DNA from: Penicillus capitatus
Taxonomy: Eukaryota > Plantae > Chlorophyta
NCBI GenBank assembly: GCA_965649825.1
Contig: OZ287704.1
Coordinates: 360,101 to 424,100 of the forward strand
Length of the DNA stretch: 64,000 nt
Direction of reading: 5' to 3'
Position 1 is the first letter of the stretch. Every line of letters starts with the position of its first letter. Position numbers and translations under genes: made by a program. The notes under the pieces were generated by a model that saw only the letters and a list, made by a program, of their open reading frames with translations, was not told the origin of the DNA and ran no database searches. Of this stretch, positions 1 through 13,472 are shown in pieces.

Positions 1-2424
1 TCCGACGGAACCCTTGTGTCCTCCGCCGTCGATGGGTGGCGTCTGTCAATGTCATCACTTTCTGTATTGATCGAAGTGGTTCAGGACACTGAAACTGTGG
101 AAAGAGAGTAACTGCGTGCGCACTCTGGAAGGACATGAGGGATCGGTGGTTTCGTTGATGGTTTTGCCAGAGGATCATATTCTCTCAGGCTCCATTGACA
201 AGACTATGCGCCTGTGGCATGATGGTTCTTGTATCTCTGTGTTCTCTGGTCACTCCGATACTGTCCGGTAATGTTGTCTAATGCTCTTTAATTTTCTCAC
301 TCTGGTCACACAGTTGCCTGACGTTGGCAAAGGATCTAGGCATCATCTCTGCCTCCCATGATAAGACACTGAGGCTGTGGTCTATGGAGGGAGACTGTAT
401 GACCGTCTACGAGGGCCATGCCGAAATTGTTTACTCGTGTGCTTTTTCGGAAGATCGACGAATTTGTTCAGGCATTGTGCAGTGCATGGAAGCTGACTTC
501 TCCTGACAGGAGAACTGTAGGCAGCGAAGATGGTACAGCGCGAATCTGGAGTGTCGATGGCAAATGTTTGAAGAGTATTTACCATCCAGGATGTGTCTGG
601 GCAGTGACTTTCTTGCCGAATGGCGATTTGGTCACTGCTTGTTCAGATGGCATCGTTCGGGTATTCTCAGAAGATGAGAATCGACTGGTCATCATACTCT
701 TCTAGACTTTTTGCTGAATCTTTGCTGATCCAGGCGCCTCCAGAAGAGAGGCAGAGTTTTGAAGCTGCTGTCAGTATAAGGCGAGAAGAGATCTTGGCCG
801 CCAGAAAGGGAACACTGCCGCCTGGCGTCAAAGTTGAGGATCCATCCGTACTGTATATGCCCGGGGCCAAGGATGGGGATACCAAGATCATTGCCGAAGG
901 ACATGGCGCCAGTGCTTATGTATGGAGTGCAGATGATCAGGAATGGAAGAAAATGGGAGATGTTCTAGGAACACAGCCGGGTGAACTTGCTTCTGCCTCA
1001 AGGGTACAGCATCCAAAGATGCAGATCATACTCTATGTGTGAATGCAGTTTCATAATGGACAAGAATGGGATTACGTTTTCGATGTCGATTTTGAAGACG
1101 GGGCTCCGATGAAGAAACTCTGTATGAACAAAAATGAAAACCCTATTGAAGTCGCCGAGCGGTTTCTCCTTGCTGAAGATCTGCCCATCAACTACAGAGA
1201 TCAGGTGTGCTGACAACAGCATGGAGTCCGCTGCAGAGTCGTGATCTAGGTGGTGCAATTCTTGATGAACAATACACAAATGGGTGATGCCCTGAAACAA
1301 AATGCTGATCCATTGACAGGGGGCAGTGCCTATCAGCCTGCCTCATCAACAACGTCTTTTTCAAATGGGATGGGAGCCTTCGGTTAGATTCCTCTGCAAA
1401 AAGCAAAATTGAGGATCCTTGGTTTGTAGGGGAAGCATCCATTACTGCGATGTTAAAGTACTGCCCCATGAAAAACTACGTCCTCTTCAACATTCTGAAA
1501 TCAGTTGAACCGATTGGAAACAAGCTCAGAGAATTCAATGAGCAGCTGAGGGCAAACGAGGCGTCGCAGTCCATTGCTTTGTTAGATGCAGAGATCAATG
1601 GTTCATTGCTCTCACTGTGAAGCCCTCGCTGTAAGGGGCATCTGTCGTAGAGGGACTGAATCGTCTGTTAGGAGAAGTTGAGAAGATCGCTGCGGGTCAA
1701 AAGGCATCCTTGACGCAGCCAGATTACGATCTGCTGTCAAAAATGGCTCAATTTCCTCAGGATAAAATCTTTCCAGTTCTAGACCTGTGTCGATTTCTGA
1801 TCCTCGATGCCACGTTCCAAGACACACTCATCTCTCTCATCGGCACTGATTTCAATGGTGTGTACGGTCTCTCTCCTACATGTTCTGATTTCTGTATGGC
1901 TTTAGGTGTTCTGGCAGAACCAATGACTGCGTTGGGTCCACATCAGTTATCACTGTATCTACTGACGAATGCCTACGCGCAGCCTAAATGCAGGGCAGCA
2001 TTGCTGGATGCCTTTAAGAAAGCAATCGATCTTTACAGAGGCGCCATTACAGCCACCTCAAAGAACGCACGTGTTGGTTATGCCAGCCTTGTATTGAATG
2101 CAGCGGTGCAGATGTTCATGACTGGCAAAGTGGGTGCCGAGAGTGGCAAAAAAGAGGTGTGACAAGACTCTTCCCTTGTGTTGGCACGCAGACTGAGAAT
2201 GCCTTTTCAGATTCTCGACGTCGCTGTGTCTGTTCTTGATGAAGGACCTGCCGAAGATGCGGAGATGCATTTCAGGGCACTTGTGGCAGTTGGCACATTG
2301 CTTTACGATGACACAGGCTTAAAGAGATATGCAAGAACAACAAAACTGCTGTCTCTCTTGGCCCGTCTCAAATCACGTTCTGGTAAACCGGAAAAGTTGT
2401 CGGATGCCTTAAAAGACATGGACA

Positions 2425-2438
<14 letters not shown>
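1..2438 (+). CDS. PLAA: Phospholipase A2-activating protein / DOA1-UFD3 (WD40-PFU-PUL), 5' part outside window, multi-exon
   Basis: WD40 repeats (ISASHDKTLRLW, GSEDGTARIW, VTACSDGIVRVF). PFU domain read at about 1060-1205 (WDYVFDVDFEDGAPMKKLCMNKNENPIEVAERFL). PUL domain (FPQDKIFPVLDLCRFLIL ... FRALVAVGTLL). Stop TAG 2436-2438. Confidence 0.9.
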
Positions 2439-4612
<2,174 letters not shown>

Positions 4613-5904
4613 CTCAGACCGACAGAGCTTACTGTGGAACCCATCGAGTCGATGAGAACTACGGACACAGATAGTGATGATTGCCATGTCTGGTAGTGCA
4701 TGGTGTTACCGGATCACGCGCGACGAGTCGACGCGTCGGATCGCAACGATGGCGTTCGACGGACGAAAGCTGCGATTTGAAGAGAGGTGCGATGTCGCAT
4801 CGCAGTCGACAAGCGCGAAGACGCATCCTTATTCAACCTTCCGATGATGAATGATCGGTCAGTGTCGCAGCGAGTTTTTCGGAGAGAACAGAGATCCATG
4901 CCTGTCGACGCAATCGCGATCGGCGCGATCGAGAGATCTAAGAATCGTACTTGATCGAGTTTGCCGAATCCGCGATCAGTCGCCGATCCAACGACGATCG
5001 CTCCGTCTTCAAACGGCTGGACGATAACGGACTGCATTTCTCTCGGAAAGTACTGAAAGAACTCTTGACTGCCTAAAAACGGCCATACAAATGCAAAGAG
5101 TAAAACAGCGTAGGTACAGAACCTGGATAGAATTTGAGATTCGGTATGTAAAAAGCCCGTTGATTGTTAATGCTCTCTTGAACAATGGATCCTGGAACAA
5201 TGACTTTCAATGGCGGCGCACTGGCCGAACGTATTCCTTCGAAGCACACGGCGACTCCTCTGAATTCGTCACGACTTCGATTTATTGAGTAAAAGGGGCA
5301 ACAAACTTTGAAAAAAGAATGACGGCATCGCACTGACTCGATGCGATCAGAGATTCCCCTGCCCTACATCTCGTTCACTGTCTTCATACCGGAAAAGCGG
5401 AAAGACGATTTCACCATTCGAATTCCCGTCGAGCTTCGATTGGCAATTTGGGGTCCGTTTCTCTGCTCCATTCGCCGATCAGTTCGACAGTCGTCCGTTC
5501 TCTATTTTAACAACGTCTCTATGAACGGAAGAGCGGTCAGATGGGGCCTGTCACCTTTGTTTGACAGCGATCCAATCGAGTCCAGTCAATGCGAGAACGG
5601 AAGAGGTTGCGAGACAGAGCACGTCTGTGCGTGAAGCTCCGATACCGATATCTAATCCGATCGCCCCCTGTACAGAGAGAGATCCAGCGATCCACGGCCC
5701 TCTCCATCAGGAAGGAATCGCACGCCAGAGATCAATCGATTCGCAAGGACGAAGGCAAAACCACAAGCGCCAAGAATTAACGGTGCACGTCGAAGCCAAT
5801 TCTCCAAAGTCACGGACAGAACGACATTGTCTCTGTGCGTTGCCCGATTGCCTAAGGAACGTGACCTCAATGGGCAGAGTGTCCGTCGCCAATAGGGTCG
5901 ACCA

Positions 5905-7198
5905 ATGGATGATGCCATTGTGTTCATTCGGAAGTCGACGATGACGTCGAAGTCGTTACAGGATCCTGTGGAACGTTTGAAAAAACTTGGCGAGTCGTTG
6001 CGTAATCGAGGGGGCATCAATTACAACACGGCTAAGCTTGAACAGCGACATGAGACCATTCGAGTCGAATTCTTTCGCGGAAAGGATTTCGAACGTTACT
6101 TTGCAGCCCATCCAGAAATCTTGGACGGCTACGCAGACAAGAGTCGAATGCGATATCTCCTCGTTCATGATGAATCACCTCGTGCAATGCCCATAGGTGG
6201 CAGTAAAAGCGTCGCAGATAAGACAGCGGACCTTGGAAATCGATTCCTGAAGAATGGACTCGTGTCTAAGGCGCAACGAAAGTACAAGAAACCGAAACCG
6301 GGGAAGAAGAGACTGGTCAAGTGGCCAAGGACACTACTCCATCTGAATTCCAAAGTCGCATCTTGAAGACCAAGGACAAACAATAACGTCCGTTGTGCAG
6401 GAGGGATGGGAGACCGAAGCGTTTTATGCATGGGAGTTTGAAAGGCCCACTTCGGCATGGATGTATCTTATGTCCTCTCTATTGGTTTGTGGAATCATTG
6501 CCGGTTGTCTGCTGCCAATCGCTCCCTATATCATCAAGGTAATGCCGATGCTCGTGAAAGGATCCATCCATCTGAGTAAGTATCTCTTCCTCCCAGTTGT
6601 GTGTGTTCTATATATCGTTGTCTCTCTTGATCTTCATCGTCGGGTCCCTGCTCGGTAAAGTGAATGTCGTAAAAAATCTGCATGATCGAGTGATGCTCTG
6701 TTAGTTCGGATCGCTGTGTGGCTGACTGTATGGATGCTGACTGGTCGCGAACTGTGGATTTTGCCAAATGTTCTGTCAGATGAAGTCGTCCATCACTTCT
6801 CTCTTGCCTTCTCTAGACTGTCGCCGTGTAGATATCTTTGAAAGAAGCGTTCACTCCGTGGATTTCTTTCACACGAGCAGAGGGCGTAAAATCTCATCCT
6901 TTGCTAAGGGTATATTTCCCTTATTCTCTGGTTCTACCTGTGAGAGAGCTGTTTAAAAGGTGATGGCAGGGGTTGGACTGGCAGCATTGGGCTGGTTCCT
7001 CTTGCAGAATAATCCTGGGGGACAAACCGTCAAAGAACGTGCCAAAGAGGCACACGATTCGCTCCTTGATTTCCTCGTAAGCCTCTCGGACGAGGTCCGT
7101 CCCATTCATTCGTACTCTGCGTGTGTTTGTAGTCCATCAAACATCCGAGTCAACAACTGACAGAGGCAGAGAATAATACGTTCAAAACAGAGCTTTAG
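5905..7198 (+). CDS. SEC62: Translocation protein Sec62, multi-exon; last exon uncertain
   Basis: RVEFFRGKDF, KKRLVKWPRTL, FYAWEFERP followed by two TM segments (MSSLLVCGIIAGCLLPIAP; LCVFYISLSLLIFIVGSLL) and VWMLTGRELWILPNV, all typical of plant/algal Sec62. Confidence 0.85.
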
Positions 7199-8846
7199 AG
7201 TTGATTGGCTCCCTTTTCTGCTGTCTGAGAATTCGGAAGGTCACTTTTGCTGCTGGATTCGAATTGAATCGCACAGCGGAGCGCATCCAAGAAGAATGAA
7301 CACGAAATGGGAGGCGACCCTTCACTCCTCGTGTAAGCCAAAAACGGCAGTTTCTTCATTGTACGGCAACTGAATCCCTCGGTCAGTCGTGCACAATGCT
7401 GTAGTTCTGGATGATCGGTCGTCGGCATGAACTCCAACGGCTGACACGGTGAGGTTGCCATCTCGCACGATCCGTCGTCTGTTGCATCACGGCCTTCGAT
7501 ACATCCAACTCTCTGCAACTCTCGAAAAGCATGGAGCAGGATGCGGTAGCGAACAGAAAAAGGAGGTGGGCCAACAAACCACTGGCCACAGAAGTTGACG
7601 GAAATGCACAGCGGGATGGATGGATACCTTGATATCAGCACGATCGAGAAACGCATCGTCGATCGCTTCGGTGATATTCGACGTCGCCATGAGGACCACA
7701 TTCGGACAGTGCTGCAGACGATCCAGCTGTGTCAGGAGAGCATTGACAGCACGCAAAGCATCAGATGGTTCAGATCCACACACAGCGCTCTAAACATCAC
7801 AGAGATTGCCAAAATGATGCAGACGACCTCATGCCTCCCACTTTGCGTGCAGAGGTAAGACTCTCAACCTCATCGATCAGAATAAAAAACAAGACGCCGT
7901 CGCGTTGCAATGCCTCTGTGATCTTATCGAAGAGTTTCGTCACGAGTTTGCCGCTCTCGCTAAACCATTTGCTGAACAGACTGTGCGCATTCACCTCCAT
8001 TAACTGAATGCCTCCCATATACCTAGATCTCGAGTCTTTAAAAAAGACATGACCACGATGTCACACTTTGTGCATAGTCGAAGGGAGATCTTCTGGGCCA
8101 ATGCTTTGCAGAGACTTGTTTTTCCTGTCCCCGGAGGTCCATGCAGCAGGACAAGGCGATTCCAATTGATCACATCACGATTTACGCCTCTGTGTGAGAA
8201 CAGCAAGGCGGTCTCGACATAATGCAGCAGCGTTGGTTTGAGATTGTCGTCGAAGTGCAGGTTATCCCAGATTCCATGGAATGCGATTGACGGAAGACGC
8301 CTCGTACGGCAGAACGCACCAACCTCGTCGTCTTCTTCGCGCGACTCCGATGGGTCTTCCTCGTATAACTGCTCGACACATAGAGCGGCATGCGTACATG
8401 CTGAGATGCTTGCCTTGTAGGGAAAGATCTCTGGATGAATCTCCCACCAAAAACGCCGCAGACGACCATCGCTTGTGCCTCCTGTGGAAAAATGAACGAC
8501 AACAGCTGAGATGGCGTGAGCTAACGAACTTGGGCAGGTGACGTAGATGGAATGGACGACATCGCCCAGCTCAACGTCGAAATCTTCGGATATGAGTTCG
8601 TGATCCTCGCAACTCACCGATCGGTCCGAGAAGAAACTGCACATAGAGGTGTCGACAAGCAGCGAGAATGCATCAGGCGATTGCTTATTGAGAAGTTCAT
8701 GTAACTGCGACGACTCGAACGCCGACAAAGAATGCAAACGAACTTCCACTAGAGACACGAAAATAATGTCGGCTCTGACGTAAAAATGTTCGTGCGACGG
8801 ATCGACTGGTGATGGGGACGAGTTGGTTTCCTGATCGCGACGTCAT
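7195..8846 (-). CDS. PCH2: Pachytene checkpoint protein 2 / TRIP13 AAA+ ATPase, multi-exon; start approximate
   Basis: [100 protein letters not shown]. Confidence 0.95.
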
Positions 8847-10212
8847 CGCCGATATAAGAATCGTGAACAGCTGCTATCCGAGAGGAAAGAGGATGATAAA
8901 CGGTATGTCTTTTGAGTCGACGAAGGACAGAAAGGGATCGTGTGAATAGTGGAATGGAACGGTTTTATAGTAGCGTTACACGTCAAATCACATCGAGATG
9001 TCGCGATCAGGGATCGACATCGCTATCGGCAAATCGACAAATCGGATCGGTTAGATCCTTTCTTGATGTGACAATTTTCCACGCAGTCCTAGCGTGCGAC
9101 ATCAGATTCTTTCAACCAACTAGACGAAAGGATGCATAGGCTGGATCATTTTAATCGCAGAAACGCGGACGACGAGACTGTATCTAGTGACGAAGGGTGT
9201 TACACCAGGAAGTGGAAGCCGTCGATTAACTGTCGTGCGCAATATTTCAAAGGAAAACGATACAGATATCGATTCCTTTCCTAGTGACACACTAAGATAA
9301 AAACAGATACTCAACTCCACGTGTTCGCGCACAGATCATCGTCGATAAACTCTGTCGCTAGCACGATCGGCCCCAGAACAATCGACACGACAAGTACGAT
9401 TGTAAAGTTGTCGAAAACCGAACAAACGATTTGTAATTCAACTTTAGCGATTCGGGAATACCACAAAGGCGGTTTCTGATCAATCGATTTCAAAAACACT
9501 AAAGATCGATTCACCGACTGAGAATTAACGATCACATGTCTATCGAACATTGACAATCGTCCAGCATGAAACGTTGAAAAATCGGTCATAAAAATCAAAC
9601 TCGATCGAATCGCTGAATGTCATCGAAGCGATCTATGCGTCCAGTGGTAAAATAGGTTTGTTCACGGTATCATGCATCACAAAGTAGCTAAAAACTCTTT
9701 GCACTCGGCTTTTACAAGACTATTTCAAAGCTACAAAATTGTGTGGTGAATCTTGTATCCTCTGGTATTTTTTCTTACGTGTCGATAATCTCGGCCATAA
9801 AAAATCGTTCAGGATTCAGTACACGCGTGTGCGAAATGTTACCCATCGGTACCAATCTTCTAGACCGCTGTCTAAACTACCAATGTAGTGTGGATATCTG
9901 ATGTGCCGCCAATAATGTTCCATGTTGTGTGTGCCTGTCGTTGAACCATTCATGTCCAGCATGCCCCAAGATATGCCTGGTTTCTATGATTTCAGCTGCA
10001 GAACACCTCGATCGATTTCGATCGAATATAGCGATGCGTGCGATATCAGTCGACGAGACGTGCCGTTTCAGACAACTTTATTGTTCAACTTATTGAAATC
10101 AAAACGCAGTTTAGAAAGCAAAATCGAACCGATCACTTCATTAATCATCGCGTCGTACCAGTGTCCGTTGTGAGAAGCACGTTCTTACCGTTCCTCGGAT
10201 CCAGCGGCCACA

Positions 10213-12970
10213 ATGCGGACGCTTTTTCGCAACAACTCGTTCGGAAGCCGCCTGTTAGCAGGCTCAGCCTCTTTCTATCTGAGTGTCATCGGCTTTCTCG
10301 TCGTTCTCTTGGTCTTCTCGGTACAGTACTCTTTCAGGTAGACAACGTCGTTCTCCGACAAAGCAGCCAGCCACCCGCGTTATCCTGTCTAGGTTAAATA
10401 ACCAAATTGAACGACTGCACTGGCAGCTTGCTCTTTCGCAGCTGCTTCGTTCTGTCTCGCCGCCCGACAGACCACAGACTCTAGACGCGCAGACCCAGGC
10501 GGAGAATGTCGTTCTCATTAAAGATGCGGAGATTCATTTGCAGAACCTCCAAGACCATCTGTCAAAACTGTTCGCCACATACAGCCCACAGAACTCTCCT
10601 GATGCGGCATGTCCTCAATCCGAACAAGTCCAAGAAAACGAAGAGGCGACCACTTTCCCAGTTTTACGTGGTTTAGTCGCAATGAGTCTGTTGGTCGTGG
10701 CTGCAGCAAGTGTCTATTTTTGGCACAACATGGATCAACTGTCCGAAAAAGCGCCCATGCCTATCGCGGAGTTTTTTGGTCTTACCGAGAATCCACGACG
10801 GTTTTCAGAGGTGTTAGCGTACAAGGCCGATCGTTGGTTTTCCACGAATAAGCATGCCAAAGTCCTTGCACTCCTATTCTTTACTTTATTACTTGTGGGA
10901 GTTGGTAGCCTTGCCCTTTTCGCTGTCAGTAACGCATCAATGTACGAGGCTCTCTGGAGTTCTCTTGCCGGGGTCGGTGTTGACTGGACATTCTCGCAAG
11001 ACTTTCATCTGCCAACAGGCTTCAGTTCTGTCATCGGCCGCATCGTTTCGATGATCATCAGTCTTGGTGGACTCTTAGTCACTGCTCTATTGCTGAGCAT
11101 TGTATCGGGTAAGCAGAAGTGCCTTGGCAGTTTAACCTCATGTAGCTGAACGTAGAGATCATCAGTGAAAAGGTCGACGAAAGGAAAAAAGGCACATCAG
11201 ACGTTCTCGAATCGAATCATACGCTCATCCTTGGATGGAGCGATGAGATGATGCCCATACTGAGGCAGATCTGTTTGGCCAATGAGAGTCTTGGCGGTTC
11301 TCCCATCGTGATTCTTGCCGAACGAGAAAAAGAAGAAATGGACGAAGAAATCGCACGAAATGAGATAGAGTTTAAGGGATCGCCCGTGATCTGCCGATCA
11401 GGAAACCCATTGTTAAAGCATGATCTTGACAAGGTCAATGCCGAACTCTATCAACCTCTCCTGCAATGGTCTGTGCAGGTCTCTGTACATTCAGCGCGGT
11501 CGATCATTGTACTTGCTAATCAACAATCTCCAGATCAGAGCGATGCTCGTGTCTTGAGAATCGTTCTGAGTCTTGTTGCTTTTCACGAGACTGGGGGGTT
11601 GAAGGTGGTCTGTGCAGCCTCCATCTGATATGCGTCTGTTCATCTAATAGCTGTCTGTTTGCAGGGATACGTTGTCGCGGAGTTGTGCGACATGGACAAC
11701 GAACCATTGGTGAAACTGGTTGGAGGTGATCTGGTACAGACAGTGGTCTCTCACGACATCATTGGACGTGTCATGATCCAGTGTGCTTTACAACCCGGTC
11801 TTGCTGGCGTCTACGATGAACTCATGGGTTTCGAAGGCTGTGAGTTTTACTTTCAACAATGGCCAGAACTAACTGGCAAGACCTTCTATCAAGCTCTTCT
11901 CAGTTTTCCCGATGCTGTCCCTATTGGCATCAAAGAAGCAACCACTGGGGACATCAAGATGAATACAGGAGACGATTATGTGATTCAAGAGGGAGATCAA
12001 CTCCTTGTCTTAGCAGAAGATGATGATACATATAAACCAGAGACACCGATGATGATCGAACCTGGTGTCTGTCCGAACGAGGAGGAAACGAAGGAGATAG
12101 AGAAGATCCTGTTTTTGGGATGGCGACGTGACATGGATGACATGATCATGGTGCTCGACACTTTTGTGGCTAAGGGCAGTGAGTTATGGCTCTATAATGA
12201 AGTGCCTGTCCGCCAAAGAGAGCAGTTACTCATCCAAGGCGGACTGGATCCAGAAAACGGTCTCAAGAACCTCGTCCTCCGATACAGAGACGAGAATCTC
12301 GAGGGCGATCTCATCACCAGAAAGAAACTGGAAGCATTGGATCCAGCATCGTTCTCTTCGATTCTGGTCCTGGCCGACGAATCTGCCTGCGGAGATGACA
12401 TTGCCGATGCCGACTCGCGAAACCTTGCAACGCTGCTTCTGCTGCGCGATATCATGTATAAAGTGACGCGGACAGAGTGTGTCCCTACCGTCGGTGCCAA
12501 CATCCAACAGCTCAGGGCACTGTCTATGGACCATTCCAGGACCATCATTGTCAGTGAGATCCTCGATGCCAGAACGCGCAACCTCATCATGCAGCTTAAT
12601 ATCTCTGAGTTTGTTATGAGCAATGAGATTGTTAGCATGGCACTGTCGATGGTAGCAGAGAGCGCCGATGTGAATCGCGTCTTGCAGGAGCTTTTCAGCG
12701 AAAATGGCGCAGAACTCTATGTTCGCCCTGCACAGAAGTATATTCGACCCAGTACACCTCATTCGCTCTTTGTCCTCTGTCGTGCGATGTGTGATGTCAG
12801 ATGAGGAGATGACTTTCTATGAGTTGCTCGGACGCAGTCGACTGCGTCAGGAGATCGTCATCGGTTACAAACCGCGATCCAATCGTCAGACGATCATCAA
12901 TCCGCCCGATAAGGGCAAGAGAAATCTCTCCGTGCGCACCGTGGATAGTGTCATCGTTCTGGCAAACTAA
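10213..12970 (+). CDS. CASTOR/POLLUX (DMI1)-family cation channel, multi-exon
   Basis: TM/pore region followed by RIVSMIISLGGLL, ISEKVDERKKG.SDVLESNHTLILGWSD, LANESLGG, EREKEEMD, VICRSGNPL, VVSHDIIGRVMIQCALQPGLA, FEGCEFY, DADSRNLATLLLLRDI, IVSEILDART, SNEIVSMALSMVAE. The first exon (ATG 10213) is inferred through a GT-AG intron at 10338-10392. Confidence 0.92.
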
Positions 12971-13472
12971 AAGGTGTTTATCGTATGCACCAATTATACT
13001 CCTTCCGCAAGCTCAAGCCGATTCTTTCAGTATAACTAGCGAAAATGCGAAGTGGTTTAGAGCATCCGTCGTTCCTTTGTACGAAGAAGGTCGAGTGTAA
13101 TCAATTGGGCAACGTTCGCTCGTTTGGCGCATCGTTTGTTGTGGAGATGTTCTTGAAGACGTGCACCGTATAAAGTTCTGGAACTCTTCACCTCATTGTG
13201 GCGAGCAACTGAATGACGGCAGCATTTCCGGGCAATTTCCGCGCTTAGAGCTGGATCATTGAGCTGGATCATTTAACCGACGGATAAGCGAAGTTATATT
13301 GAAGATCGGTCACCATATAACAGTTAGACGCAAGCTGTCACCGTCGCTTCTGATTCGACGAACGCGTTCGAGACCATCGACGAACGTTGGATATCTATTG
13401 TTGTCGCCTCGTCTCTCGTTTTTGTGTATTTTCTTCGAAATAAGCGAGCGAGCCTTGAGTTAAGAAAGAATT

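Noticed and set aside
9780-9990. Minus-strand YPHYIGSLDSG resembling Harbinger-type transposase PG.LGS.D
   Set aside because: It is a single short motif flanked by stops, with no further DDE residues or terminal inverted repeats.
13248-13273. 13-bp tandem duplication GAGCTGGATCATT (and a 12-bp duplication GGTTATGATCAC near 44657)
   Set aside because: Two-copy micro-duplications are common slippage products, with no evidence of a target-site duplication or function.
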